From the NCBI GenBank assembly GCA_000165425.1, contig CT868130.1:1-64000 (forward strand): 64,000 bases of DNA. The letters are read 5' to 3'. The notes beneath the pieces are model-generated. The model made no database searches. It saw only the letters and a list, made by a program, of their open reading frames with translations, and was not told the DNA's origin. The position numbers and the translations under genes were made by a program. Each line of letters opens with the position of its first letter. The first letter of the stretch is position 1. This document shows positions 1-14,559 of the stretch, piece by piece. This stretch comes from Paramecium tetraurelia. Taxonomy: Eukaryota.

Positions 1-260
1 TCTCACCCAACCCCAATGCTTAGCTCCCATGATCGAGAGACATGACCCTGTGTTGTATTAGGACTATTTGTTCATTGAGAGCTACATAAACTAATGTGCC
101 CTTGGAGTAATCTCTATGTTATAGCAGAATACCCTCACAGAAGAGATCTGTGCTTCCATTTCTACAAACTAAATCAGCAGATTTGATCAGCCATCGTCGT
201 TGTGAAGACGACATTTGAGCGTACGTCTGAGGTCCTTGCGACAAATGATAGCGAAGCATC
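1..260. CDS. Partial unidentified ORF at window edge, strand ambiguous
   Basis: GC-richer than flanks. The + frame 2..205 (LTQPQCLAPMIERHDPVLYQDYLFIESYINQCALG...*) and the in-register - frame from an ATG near 259 (MLRYHLSQGPQTYAQ...) are both open in code 6. No recognisable motif. Confidence 0.3.
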
Positions 261-299
261 TGAGATATATATTAAAAATTTAATTTAATTTAATTTTTA

Positions 300-3200
300 T
301 CAATCAAGACCTTGTCAATTGCTTGTGTCTTCATGATTATGCTTATGCTTCTTTATTCATCCACGATATTTAACTACCTATAATTAAAATGGAAATGTAT
401 TTCACTTTTGATCAAATGCAATATTGAAGACCTTATGCTTTTAGTTTATAGCATCACTATTTATTCTTATAGGAAAAAGCCATGTTCTATATTTAAACAG
501 CAAGTGTTGATTATTGTTGAACATTTTCAGCTGCGCGTCGTATAAGCTGGCTGTTGAGAAACAAAGTGCAGGTGATAATAACTCTGCTTAGAAATTAGAT
601 TCAAGCCTTTATTTATTAACAATTTCTATTTAATTATCTCTTATTCTAACACTGGAGCAAAAAAGTGCATTTGCATTTTAAGGAGCTAAAATATCTCCCG
701 AATACATTTGAATCTACTTTTTTATTATACTGGGAAACCCTTTTAACAATGCTTGTCTCTTTGTCAAACTTGAGAAACTATATTAGATTTTATAAACTGA
801 CACATTTTAGAATTGCTGTTAATTGAAAGGTTAGACCCTTAAGGGTATAACTGCTCAATTATTTTTTAAAATTGCGATCATGTCAAACATAATTAACAAG
901 TGAATTTAGCATGAGGTGTGTGAACATAAAATGCTTAGGCTTTATTCATTGATTACTTTTAAGAATTGTGCTACTGAATTATTACAATCTTACTTAAACT
1001 TGGTAGTAAAACCTCCTCTCTCCAACGTATGTAAACTTGGTTATTGTTGTGATGAACAACATTTTCTCTCTGTTACATCAGGTTTAGAGTACGGTAGTCA
1101 TATAAATGCTAGAAGCCTCCTTAATTATATTTGTTTACACTATTTAAGAACCTTGAGCCATATGTAAACCTTAGTGTTTATTTCAAAATATTTTTGACAT
1201 TTTGTATGAGGATTCATCATTATTCCTAATGTGAGAAAATTTTTACTGCCAAGTGTCTCAAGCGCAGTTAATGTGGTGATATCTCTTTGTAGCTACTTAT
1301 TACAAACGACACATAATTAAAGCTATCTGTTTGTGCAACTCGTACACATCAATTGGAGCATGTTGAACAGTATCTATTTGAAGTACTCAAGGTTTCACCT
1401 AATCTATTACTCCATCTTTGTATTATTAATCTCATTTTTGCATCTCTAGCAATAATTAATGCAATCATCTTCATCTGATCAAATTATCTTTAAACGCTTA
1501 ATTTATATTATTCATATAAAAGAATACCTGTAAACAAATTAGTTATAAGTGAAAATCTTTAATCTATCATAAAATGATATTGCAAGTACTTCACTTATAC
1601 GTTGCACTAAATGGAGTACTTTACTAGAATGTATGATACATTCCTAATGCAACTCTAAATGAGGACTAAGAGATAGGACAACAGAGGAACTTACGAAACA
1701 TTTGAATAAGCCTTTTGGAAGATACAATTGCAGTATTTAATTCTACACATAGATGGAATTACTCATCAGAACTTGAAGGCTCTTAGGAAAGATCAAAGTT
1801 ATATTTTCACAAAATCAGTACTATTGATTTCACTAATATTGATCATTAATGTTGCATTTAACTTTAGTACAGGCAATTTACATTTTATTGTTGCTAAGTT
1901 AAGTATGAAGGTTAACACAACTATTGCAATTAATTTTCAATTTGAATTTTCACAAATTATCTCAAGAACAAAATCCTAATAGCTATTACGCTTACTTGTC
2001 CTACGCACAGGAAGCATATGCCTTAAACCAAATTTTATTAATATTGCCTTCAATGCAAAGTGTCTAAATATCTGACATTTGGAATGACAAAAATCTTTAT
2101 GAAGTTCATCTGCATATTTCATCAAAGATGTATTAGGCGATGCTGTTGCAAAACTATTTTTTTAATATATCTCAATATACTTTCAACAAGGGCTTTTTCA
2201 AGGCTTATAAACTGTTGCATATAGGAGAGAAGCAATACTTTACAATTTTTGTTTAGTCTATAATCTAATTTGCTTTTTTATGGTTCTTCAAATTATGCTC
2301 AACCTAATTCTATAAATTATTGCAGCTCAGATATTAGTTTGAATCATGTCAACATAACTAAATTCATGTTGATTTTGGAAAAATCTTGCTATTAATCTAT
2401 TTATAAACAACTTTCTTGATGATATTAGAACCTTTCAAATGCTATAATTATTACTTCAGTAATCCTAAAATCATAGCTGCTTGCTCTCCTGTAAAGTCTT
2501 ACTTCTTAATTACATTTAAATATCATTTTAGTAGTTACTTCTTCACATTTGTTAGTGAAGCTCTATTTTTCATGATGACAATTGTTAGTTTGCAAACTGT
2601 CTTAAATATGTTACCATTTAAAGTTTTTATACTTTCAGTAGATCTACTACTTAAAGTATACCTCATCTCCTAATGTTGGTTTTAAATTTTTTTAAGCCTT
2701 CCGTACAGAATGCGTTATAAAAAGTAATTAACTCAAAATTTTACTGCTTACACAGCATCGCGATATCTCAATTAATTCAATATGCTTTGTTTGATATTTT
2801 AAACCTTCCTTCAAGAATGCATTTTCTTACTTATAAATTTCTGATTTATATGCTTTGAAGAGGATAAAGTGCTGTTTGTATTAATGTCTCTTCTTAGCAA
2901 TATATTTAACCAATAAAGGTTTGGGTCTTCTCAATAGTTTTTGTTTCAGAATCCCAGATTATTGCCAGCTCCTCTTAATCTAGGTAAAAACAACAGTTTT
3001 TTATAACGCCTTCTGTTATGGAGGTCATTGTCGATAATATGCTACTTGTGTTGTTACGGACATAAAACATCTTTTATTTTTCAGAGTAGAACAAAAACTT
3101 GCCCAATCTCAATAATTAGCTAGATCATGCACACTCTATAAATCTGGAAATTGCAGTACAAATCGTTGTGAAAGCTAAAATGTTAAGCTGAAAAAAGCAA

Positions 3201-6200
3201 TAATTTTATGATGGCTCCCTGAAGCATGTGTAATTCTTGAAATTCTTCTTGAAAGGAGATCATTATACATCATATAACTCATGACTAGATTGGAGAAGAC
3301 TCTTCATCAGCTTGCGATCCATCCTGTTGACTCACTGATATTGGATCGAATAAATGTTCCTCCACTTTTGCTGGATTTGATTTATATGGACCATCGACCA
3401 TCGCCTACCTATCATTATTATTTCAAACAATTGCCAAATATTTTGTACCAGCACTACTAATTACATTGTATTCCAGGCTCCTATTTATCATTTCTTTCAT
3501 GCAAAGGCATTTATGGTGATTGAAGTGCTTCATATCCACATGCACACTCTTAAGTTTAAAGTTCACAGATTCAATCGCATATAGGAAATGTTTTAAAGAT
3601 AGTTGATAATAGGTTTCATAATTATGTTAATCCCAGTTAATCTTGATTTTATAAAAATAAAAACGCTTATTTATTTACTGTATTAAAGGGTACGCATATA
3701 TTCAAATTTCATGATGCCTGTTAAGACCATTCTAAACAAAGTCTAAACCGTTCTGAAAGCCTTACTTGTTATGTTTTATTGGTAGTTGTTTTTTAATAAT
3801 AATCCTTATGCAGGATTTACATACCTTATAAGACTTATTAATTCGATGGATATGAAATGCTCGACTTGTAATATTGGCTATCAAATTGAAAACCATTATT
3901 AGTTAAGCTTTTGCTGTTGATATGTCTTATTATTAATGCATGATTTGTGAGTTGCAAAGCATGCAATTCTACCTAAATTAGTTATTGTTCCGGTGTGTAA
4001 TTATGTTGTTTTTAGGTAATAGAAGCATAACTTTTCCAGGCACAACGATTACTGAATTCAGAAAGACTTTTTGAGAAGAATTATTCTAACTTAATAAAAT
4101 GGGACAATGAAAATCGAAAAGATTCTGTAATTTAAAGGATAAAATCTGATATTGGCCAATCTACAATTAAGGCTAATAATGTTTAGTACATATTGTAGTA
4201 GTTTTTAACTTTGGGCAATTAATACATTTGATAACTTATTGAATAATTTAATAAATCAGTGAATCCCTGTTTTAAGAATTTAGACTGCAGAATCTGAATA
4301 CACAATAATATTGGGACCGAGCTCATAATTTTATAATGAAGATTATACCTAAAATGTTGAATTGCAAGGGCATGAAATGATTAAACACCTAGAAAAAACG
4401 GTTGATGGGTATAAAATGTTCATGGAAACCAATTTGAGCCTTTGAACGGTGAGTTCTGGAATTCAAAATCTTCAAAGGATGCTATAGAATTATAAACTTT
4501 CTTCGGTATCGCAGAAGCTCTAGCGACAAACGTTGTGGATGCTTCATTCCATTTAGGGTTATATTTATTCAAAGTTATCAGTAAGGATGCTGATTGCATG
4601 TTATTCATATAAACTTTGCTATTATTTCTATGCAACTCTTGCCATGTCTAAATGTATTTCATTCGTAACAAGTTGATGGTAAACTTGTGAATATTAAGCA
4701 GTTGCATGAGATATAGTTTATAAAATTTGTGGATGTTGTTATGACTCCTAATGATATCCTGGTGTATTTACTTTTTGTTCCAGGCTTGCCTTAATGTCAG
4801 ATAATCGCAAGTTGAGCATGCGCCTTCTGGAGCGTTTCTTATTGTATCTAAATTCAACATATTTGGATAATTGCTCCACTTGATATTATCAGAAGCAGCT
4901 ATCATAAAATTAATGTGAAATGAAATTATATAACCTGTCTCAATTATCATTATTAGCTACCTCAACTACAGATGAATATTGTGTCGGCAAATATTATAAT
5001 TTCCTGACATTTAATGTTTAGAATGCTAATACCCGATCAAATGTAAAAGCAAAAATTTTATAAAGTATTCATTTAGAAAATTTATCAATCTCCATATATT
5101 CTTAGGCTGCTACGAGTTGAAATAAATGTTCTAAACCGTCCGATGTATGAACACAACAATTTAATGTTTAGAGGGATCAACCCTGTAACATTGGGTCCAA
5201 AACTATACCATTAATCAAATAATATGTGAAACCAAGCATGATTTTATAATTGCTGCTATTATAATTCTTCTTTTCAGGGTAAAATTAGTAGTGCCACATA
5301 TACTTTATGCCTTGATAGTTACTCTGGATAAGATTGTTCAACTTTGAGTGGATGTTCAAATAATTTCTTCAATATATTCTGACACCAATCCTTTTACTCT
5401 TGTATTACAACCACTTTTTTGTTTACCCAATTATCCTCATAATAGTCATATATTTGGTTAATTTGTAAAGTTTCAAACAATTATTCATCTTATACATTAG
5501 ATGTTTTAAGCTAATAGTATGTATATTTATGTGATGCTAGTTGTTATAAATGTGCCAGCTTTCTTGTGCCAACCTCAATAGACACTTCTGAAGCGTTTTA
5601 TAATCCTTTCTTATAAACTACTTATAATACATATATTGCGTATTTAAATACTCGTTGAAGGGTGCATCACCTTGATTTTTGCATTAAAAAAATGAGTCTA
5701 CTTGAGTATGATGGTAGCTATTATGCTGCAACTAAAGTTGTATTCCAGAATATTAAACACTATCCTTCATTAAAAACATTTTATCCACTTGTATTTAATA
5801 TTCTGATAGGTATACAACTTAAATTGCAAGTTTAATGGACGAACTAGTCTTTGTTCTACATGTGATTTACTACATATGTGATCTTACGAGTAGTAATTAA
5901 CTTAGCCTGTCTTACCCTACCTAAATTAATTATCCAATTAAAGAGCAGCTATATGATGTCTACCGCAAGTATCTACAGATTGGTGCAGTGCAAATTTGAT
6001 GAAAACTTGAACACTAAGGTAAAGCAATGTAGGAGTTTATAATGGCTTCTTTCAAACGCCTGTACTTGAAAGTTTCCTTTTTAAGAAGTGTTCTGGAAAC
6101 CCAAGCACTTGGGTAGAGAGCATAATTGAACGTCAGTTGCCTAGAGAGAGATCCATCATGTAAGTCATGTGCGGATACTGGATTTGATAATTGTTCTTCT

Positions 6201-7030
6201 TTTACTATGGAGCATCACCTACTTCTTTTAGTTCAAATTATTGTCAAACATATACATCACTATTTATTTCTCTTGTCTTTCAGGTTTCGATTTATTCTCT
6301 CCTTCATGGAATTTAATGTAACGTCAAGTAATACTAAACCTTCCTTTGCTGTAACGGATAAGTTTCATGTAATGTTCAAGATGGCTGCACTTATGCTTTA
6401 AAACTATTCCTTGTTTACTATGCTACTATATAACTAAATGTAGCTATATATCAAGAGGATATTTAAACTAGGTTATTAATTCTTTAAAAAGTAGTTTAAA
6501 AGTACAGATCCCACAATTTATCTACTCAAAATTGCTATTTTCGATGGCAAGCCCTAAATGCTTATCTATCATGAATGATTATGTTATTACTTGGAAAAGA
6601 GGATAGCGATTGCAACACAATTTCTACATAAAAAACAATTTATTTTTATCAATGTGGCCCTTATTATCTAAATAAAAGAATCGTAACTGAAGTGCTAAAA
6701 ATGTGTAAATGTACTAAATTAATTTTGTCCTGCTGTATGCTTCTCATCTGCTTGCCTAAATAATAATGTTTGTGGATAATCAAAAAAATAGATGCAAAAC
6801 TCAATAATTAGCATATTAGTATTTGGTTGCTGAATTAGGCATTGTTTGTTTATGAAATTTGTGTCAAGTGGTAGCTAAAATGTGTCTAATCATAAATATA
6901 TTGTAAATAATATCGTATCACCGAATATTTAATATCTGGTCCTACTAACAAATTATTTTCAACTGTCACTTACATGCACAAGATTAATGATAACTCTATT
7001 GTGCTAAACTATTTGTAAGAACAAGCAAAG
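300..7030 (+). pseudogene. Heavily decayed Cys-rich (furin-like / growth-factor-receptor repeat) surface protein pseudogene(s)
   Basis: Recurrent CxxC remnants, e.g. SACDPSC*..GSNKCSS (~3310), MKCSTCNIGYQ (~3850), CLERDPSCKSCADTGFDNCSS (~6140). Broken by TGA stops and frameshifts every few tens of codons. Boundaries approximate. Confidence 0.7.
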
Positions 7031-7039
7031 TTAAAAATT

Positions 7040-10000
7040 AAGCCACTTCCTTGTATCGAATTAAGATAAATCTTAAGCATATTGTATCCCTCTCCTGAAG
7101 TAGGAATACATTACTGATGCTGTTGAAGCTCTTGGACTTTGTGCCAGTTACCTTATACTAAATATTCTTATCAGTTTACATCATAAACTGCTCGTAACTT
7201 TATGCATAGCAGCATAGTTGAATTTTAATTGTCTAAAACTGTTTTATGGGTATCACTTTCTCCCAGTCATAACCAGTTTTATTTGATAAAAAGAGGTGGC
7301 TCTGCATTAATTTATGAATGCTTACAAACCAGAAGTAACGCCTTTGTAAATTTGGTAGTCCATCTGATCCAATGCTCTTAGTTCTTTAGACTCAAATGGT
7401 ATGTGCCTTTCCAAAATTTGCTAAAAGTTCAATGGTTTTCAATGAAGCAAGCTAAGATTAATTATGCAGTCTGATATTTTTCTTGGATTTCCTTAGAACC
7501 CCCATTCATAATATCTTATCATTGTAGGAAGGGTCTTACTTATACAGAAGTTAGCAAAGATTCTCTTCATTACCTCAATATCCATCGTTGTTAGCTTGTC
7601 TTCCTTCACCCTTTGGCAATTATCCCAATGCCTAAGAATGAAAGTTGATTTTATTTAATCATTGGTGAGATATTTTGCCAATGCTCTTCATTCACCACTT
7701 TCAGTATGAGTCTTTCGACTGATTGGCATCTCTCAATAATTAAACATAAGCACTATCTTTGAAAGTGGCTTTCATTTGAATTAGAATACCTTCATAGTAT
7801 TGACAAGACATTCCAATGTATTTTTTTTATTAAGAGATAATGCATTAATTACATTCTTAATAATCCAAGAAATAGACTGAATCTTTAACTCAAAAGGGTT
7901 TTTTTTTCCAAATACTATTAAGAAAAGGCAGATCTTACTTTTTCATTAAATTTATCCTAATATTATCCACAGTCATAACACCTTAGTGAGATGTCGATGA
8001 ATGAGATTTGAAATTCAATTAATTGTTGTGTATCGTTGGCAAACAGCTTTTTGTATTTAGGAATACTTTCAATGACACTTTGATTCAGACTGTCAATTAC
8101 ATGATGATTCATCTTAATCCTATCCTCTAATTTCTGTCTTTTTACAGATTCTTCCTGTGAAGCAAGATTAAACACTCTTTATGTATGGACAAGATACAAA
8201 TAGTGTTGACAGCTGTAATACTGACCTGAAACAACTAAGGATTGTATGATTGCTCTCTTTAGCTATGAACATATATTACTATTTGTGAATTATGTGTTGA
8301 TAGCTCTCATTTAAGAATTGTTTCATCAACTTGCGAACCATTATGTCTGTCATGTTGTGATACTAGATCGCATATTCTTTGTCTTTTCTTAGAGGTTAAT
8401 ATTTTGAGCATCACCTGCAAGATATATTTATGTCCTAAATTTGGACAACTAATGCAACATCTTTGACACATGCTTGATATTTCCTTACATGCAAATATAA
8501 AACATAGTTTACAGCAACAAGTAATAGCAGTCCTTCTTGTGATGAGTACTAAAACTAAGGTAACCTGGATTTAGTTTGAGGAACCATTTATAAAAATTCC
8601 GACGCTGACTCTGTATCCATTCCACGCTAATCATAGTCTTGTGATAATATGTTTAAAATAATTTGTGTCTAAATATGTCACTATCATTTATCCAGCTAGC
8701 CAACTCAACTATAATATTTTTATTACCTTTCTTTCATTGAGATATTGGTCTCTTAATTTAAAATTTGATTAAAGATTTGTTTAATGACTTATCATTTTTA
8801 CTGTACTTTCTATGCTTTTTGGATATAGTACAAAAGTTTCTCTTTCACTTATGTTCCTTGCTTATTAACCCATATTCCTTTTTTGACAATTTGACTAAAC
8901 CCAAAAATTCTCTTAATCACTTATGCTTATTTCTTGATTTTCTCTCACATGTAATTGTTATAAAATTATAACTCTAATTAAGTTTATATACATGGAATAA
9001 TGTTTTTTGGATCCTGCCCTGTAATTTTTGAAGTTGGTGCATCATTAGCATCACCATATTCAAAAATGTTCTTGTATCTGCTTTTTATCCTTTTGATGTT
9101 ATCAAACCAGTTTAGACAAGAGGTTCATGAGACTTTTTGTAGACATTCTATAACTTCATTTATCAAAGCATATGATTCAACTTTCATCAAATAGGAATCG
9201 AAGGAAATACTAATATGATTAAGCATTATTGAAATTGAAACTCCTAATGATTATCAAGGTTAGTGGAGATGAGTGATTCGAATTCTTACCAAGCATCTTT
9301 AATACTTTTCATAATAGTAATTGACTGGCTGATCTCTATCTATAGCACCAAGCAATTTATTATTGGCAATTCTTAAAAATTATGCCATTTTATGTTGTAT
9401 TTTTAACTATTCAACTTTGATTGTACTTATTATTTTGTTGATCTTTAAGATTGTGAGAATTTCTACTACATTATTTTTCTATTCCTATGCTTCTTCTCGA
9501 AAAGATTGTGTTGAATATTCTTCCAAGAAAATTATTATGTTACTACAGCACTATTTCCAGATAACTTCGCAACTTGTGTGATGCTTCTACTACTGAATAT
9601 ATATCATTACATCTTCTGATAACCTGAATAAAAGGAGTGCGTGCCTGTGCAAGCTCTTGCTTATTAATGTTTATTTATGGAGATTTCTTATCTGTCATTG
9701 CTTGCAATTGTGGTTTGAAGCTTGCTGTCTGTGCGTTGTTGGTTTAGCATAATGAGAAATAAGTTAAATCCAGTAAAGAATGGCATTCTTGGCACTTTCT
9801 CGAATATCCAATAGATCTATTGCTACTTGTTAGTATCTTCCCATGCATTATATAGGATGATCAAAACACCTGTACAACTTGAAAGGAGATTTTTCTTAAG
9901 TCTAATAATAGTAATTAGTACTAGAGCTCATCTTTTTGTCACTTTAATATCATACAATTCTTGTGATCATGTTAGATTCCATGCACTGCCCATGTTATCA

Positions 10001-10060
10001 CATCTGATGCATCTATTCTCTGTTAACTACTTTATTATAATCAATTTGGGGAGTTGAAAA
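7040..10060 (-). pseudogene. ~3 kb frameshifted orphan ORF of unknown family (possible mobile-element or viral-type insert)
   Basis: Protein-like, non-Cys-rich segments of ~50-140 codons in code 6, joined by frameshifts and TGAs (e.g. ...ILRHWDNCQRVKEDKLTTMDIEVMKRIFANFCISKTLPTMIRYYEWGFQGNPRK...). Opposite strand to the flanking Cys-rich pseudogenes. No introns seen. Confidence 0.55.
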
Positions 10061-10329
10061 TGAGATGCAAAAGATTATCTACTTCAAAATGTAATTTCAA
10101 TTCTTATTAATACTTACTGTTATCATTTACTTAATGATGTTTGAGTGAGAAATATAGATTATTTTTAAAATATGAAAAAGAACCCCCAGGGTTTGCATTG
10201 ATAAAATTTGCCAAATTTTTGGCATTTATTTGAGTCAAGAATAATTTGAAGTATTAGAAATTCTCTAAAAGAAAATCATTTGATTATAAAACTAGTTGTA
10301 ATCCCATTAATTGATTTGCTGTGTCATGG

Positions 10330-13300
10330 AAATTCATAATAATATATTGTATGGTGATACTTTATTTTATGTTAACAACTATTGGATTCGTAATAGATAT
10401 AAATATACTTTAAAGTTTTATTGTTTCTATTTTAATAAATTATTCACCTGATTGGAGGGTTGTTTATTAAAAATTATTAACATAAAGATAATTAAAAAGA
10501 ACTAAGTCTTTCAAATTTTATAATCTCCTTGTTAAACTGTAAGTAGTATACACTAGAAATCAACCACTTGCCTAACTAGACTTTGTGATAGCCAAGTAAT
10601 GAGAATGGATTTGATAAATTATCTTTTTTTTGTGGATTTAATTTATAAGGAACATCACCTGCTCATTGTAAAAGAAGTTCAAATGATCGCCAAATATTAT
10701 TCCATCCAATTTTTGTTTCAAATGCTAAAAAATGCCAATTTTTATGAATTATATGTTTTCCAAACTAGATTTCATAAAATTCAGCCATTATTAAACAAAA
10801 TTAATGTTAAAATTTAGGTTTCTATTCTATACTGTATCGTATCGTGTAGGATTGTAGCAAATGTCAATATATTAATTTTTAATACTACTCTCCGTTGTTC
10901 TAAATGTTAAAGAGCATATTCCCTACCTTGTCTTTCAGCTAAAAATTTAATTTCTGTATTTCTTCTGTAACAAAGGGCTTATTACTCAAAAAGGAAATTA
11001 CTTAATGTTCTCTAGTCATAATACAAGATTGCAATAGTTGTTTGAAGCCACATATTTTGTCATTATTATGCCACTTCAACTTCCTGTAACTCAGGCAATA
11101 CTATTATATATATTTAAGTGGTAGGACTTTATACTACAGCTAAAGCTGGGTATTTGCTCCAACTATTTTGCCAAATAGGCTTAAATACAAGTAAATTGAA
11201 AAGTTATATTTAAAGATAAAATTCTATAGAACTATAAAGATTGCCTATTAAAAATTATGCACTCATGGTATTTCAATTCTCTTATTATAAATTAACTGCC
11301 TTTGATAATTGTTCTGATAACGCTAGTGAATATTATAATAGTTGCTGCATTGTGAGTCTAAATTGTAGTAATTATAGGACTAGGTATGTCTTAATGAGAT
11401 ATTATATAGTGAGTTTGTGCTTTTCCATTTAGTATTTGTAAAAATTATAGCCAACCTTATTGCGATTTTGCTCTTTTGAAATTATAACAATAGAAAGTAA
11501 ATATGATCCAGAAGCATGCTTGTTTATACTGATAAATTCTAGAAGTTGCTAGGTTCTATTTCTATTTGTATCAATATTTCTCGATATTTAAGTGATAAAT
11601 GAGACTGTTGCAATGTATTTGTGATACAAATTAATACCATTTATGATGGACTGTTTCAACATTAACCTCAATATATTTTATATTGTAAAAATTCAAAGAT
11701 AGTTCTTGTTCTTTTTAAATGCTGGATTTAACTCTCTATAAAATGATAAACACTAAAATTTTATCTATGTTAGTATGAAATATCCAAATTTTGCAACCGA
11801 TTTTTCTCTAAGTCCACTTATTGTCAAGTTTGTATCATAATTATATACTTGCATGTAGTAAGATATCATAGAATATGTAATATTTTAATTGTTACAAAGT
11901 TGAACAATATTTATAGAATTCATACAAACTTCCATCATTAATAATGCCTAATACCTAATATTCTGATAATTCTTTATGTTCTGATTGGTATCATTCAAAT
12001 TTGAATGCTTGTGGAATTGTTCAGATTCCAAAACTCATTTAAATATCAAATTTCTTGCAGGGCTTTAGATCCCATTTAATTCAACTTTTATAAATAATAA
12101 TTGAATAAGAATAATTAGATCCTTTGAAATACATTTGTTTAAGATTTTATTAATTTGATACACATATTATCAAAATAAAATAATCATTTCAAATTATAAA
12201 CTTATTGATTAATATTTACGCAGATGATTAAGAACCTATTCAAAAACGTGTGGAAATGCTGAGTGACTAACAATTATACTACATGGTTAAATTTGTAATA
12301 TTCTTTTTAGAAAATATGTATATCTAATTCATGATCCTTTCAAAAATTCTGATGCTTGCATTAAATATTCCACATTAGATGCACCTTGGGCTGTCATGGA
12401 ATTATATTTCTAGAATTAAAAAATGATGGTACCCCTAAATTTTGAACTAAATGATGCTATTTTTTGATTATATTTAAAATAAAATATATTTTAGATATGT
12501 CAACCAGGATTCCAAAATGTCCAATTATAGATTGTTTTAGATTAAATATTTTACCGGTGGACATAAATGCCATGCTTAAGTTGTAAGGACTTGCAAAATT
12601 CTGCTGTTTATATGAAGTTTGAAATCTATTCACAGATTCTGAAAAGGTTTAACAAACGATGTTATGAAATGTATAATTAATTCTTAAATAAAACGATCGT
12701 TCCAAATGAAGATCGGCATGTGCCTTAACTGACTTGTTATGGGGTGAATTAATAGATACTTTTCGGATGGTAGGAAAGTTATTCAATGTTTTAGAGCCTG
12801 CACACGATTTATATATGGTAGTGGTGTAAATGAAGTATTAAAATTGGTACAATATTCACTTCAATTTCTTCTGGAATGTAGTGCAATTTTCACCTCGTCC
12901 ATCTTTCCACTAAACCAAGGCATTTGCACAATTTTTGCTCTTTGATACTTTGAAGAATAGCAATTATCAATTATTAAGTTTTAAACTTTTTTTGTCTTTC
13001 TTGTTTGACTTCAGCTACTGAATATACCAAACCCTCTACAGAGCCTATTAAAAATTTAGTAACACAGGATGAAATACATGAAAAGGCTAAACATATTACA
13101 TTTCTCATTTGCCCAACAAAATCTTTGATTAAAAGCATGCTTTTGAATCATAGCTGCATCTAAAATAAAATTTGCATATGGATAAACATGAATCAACCAT
13201 CGATTATTTGATGTGACCTTGGCAAAAGCTTTACAATTCATTTGATGTTTGTTAGAAAAATTTCATGTGCTGAAGACTAGAGCCATTAACGTTAAGCAGA

Positions 13301-14500
13301 TTGAGTTTAATAAATTATATAGCATTAAATAAGAATTGTTCATATTGTGCTATACCTGAAAAAAATAATTTATTGATAAAGCCTCGCGCATGATGCATAT
13401 TTAGAATTAATTCTGAATCAAGGTGCTTTTATTAATACACTTAATTATTTACTGGATGGACTACTTTCTAAAAGAACATAGTTTGCTCATTTATCTTTTT
13501 CTAGAAGTAGCTATATATATTATGCACACTTTACATCTTCAGATGGATGCACCGCTAATTTGTGATGAGATTTCTACTGTTGAGCATTTGATGTAGGCTC
13601 CCTCCTATCACTTGTAATGCTTTGAACTCTTATCGTAAGGAGTACTGGGAAACTCTAGATTTTGTGCTCTTTGTTATACTAAAGAGAATGTTTATCAACT
13701 TGTGATATATTCTGTAAGAGATGCATTAATAATCGATATGATAAATGGTTTCCTTATTCCCAGAATTCTTTTTACATGAGTAGCATTCGCTTATTGCATA
13801 ATATATTCAAAATGCTTGAATTTGTAATTATATATATCAAGGGGAGCCTTATCATTCGGAACAAAAATAATTCATTTTTTTTACTGCACTGCTTATATCA
13901 TTTTTTGAGTCGATCTTACACTTACAGTCCATCTCCTTATTTTAGATTTACAAGATAAATTTGGCTCCTCATAAAATGGTTATATTAAAGTTCATATGTT
14001 TGTTAAGAATTTTCTTAACCATAAATCTTTTGATAGCTTCACCTATATATCATAGGTACTTGCAATTCTATTAATAGACTTCTTGTGTAATTGTGAGGTA
14101 ATAGTGAACAGACCTAACTTACAACTTGTAAAGTTTGTGTTTTTAAGCATCTCTCAAATTCCTTACATCAAATTCTAAACCTGAGAATATTTACTAATTA
14201 AATAGAGGCGGATGTATAACTTTAATCTTAATCATCGTTTACTGATGGCTCCTCTTAATGAAACTTGAAAACTTTGTTCATCCTGGGTTCAAATAGATAT
14301 TGTATTATTGTTTAACCCTTATATGTTCAGATGCTTTTCTTGTGTGTAATGGTTTATTACACTTTATTTCACGCACTACTCCTACTGATTTCAATATCGC
14401 TTTAGTTATTCTGAGAGATATTATCATCTTAAAAATAAACTATGCTCTGATAAATTTTTCCAACTTTTCAATTTCTACTTTATGTAGTAAATGATGGCTT
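10330..14500 (+). pseudogene. Heavily decayed Cys-rich repeat surface protein pseudogene(s)
   Basis: CxxC remnants such as DCSKCQY...LRCSKCQ (~10850) and FDNCSDNASEYYNSCCIVSLNCSN (~11300). Many stops and frameshifts. Boundaries approximate. Confidence 0.6.
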
Positions 14501-14559
14501 CAATAAGTTATCTCTTACTCTAACTGGCAGAACATTAATACGTCGCTAAAAGAAAAGAA

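Noticed and set aside
6..16. CCCAACCCCAA resembling the Paramecium telomeric repeat
   Set aside because: Only 11 nt, inside an open frame, with no repeat array.
300..2400. Apparent Cys-rich coding on both strands (scrambled mosaic)
   Set aside because: TGT/TGC-ACA/GCA (Cys-Thr/Ala) codon pairs are near-palindromic and mimic Cys on the antisense strand. A + strand reading explains the pattern.
3709..5040. Long minus-strand frame with a single TGA (includes track ORFs 4420-4635 and 4768-4950)
   Set aside because: The + strand carries the CxxC remnants and the minus translation has no motif. With only one stop codon in code 6, long antisense frames arise easily. Not fully excluded.
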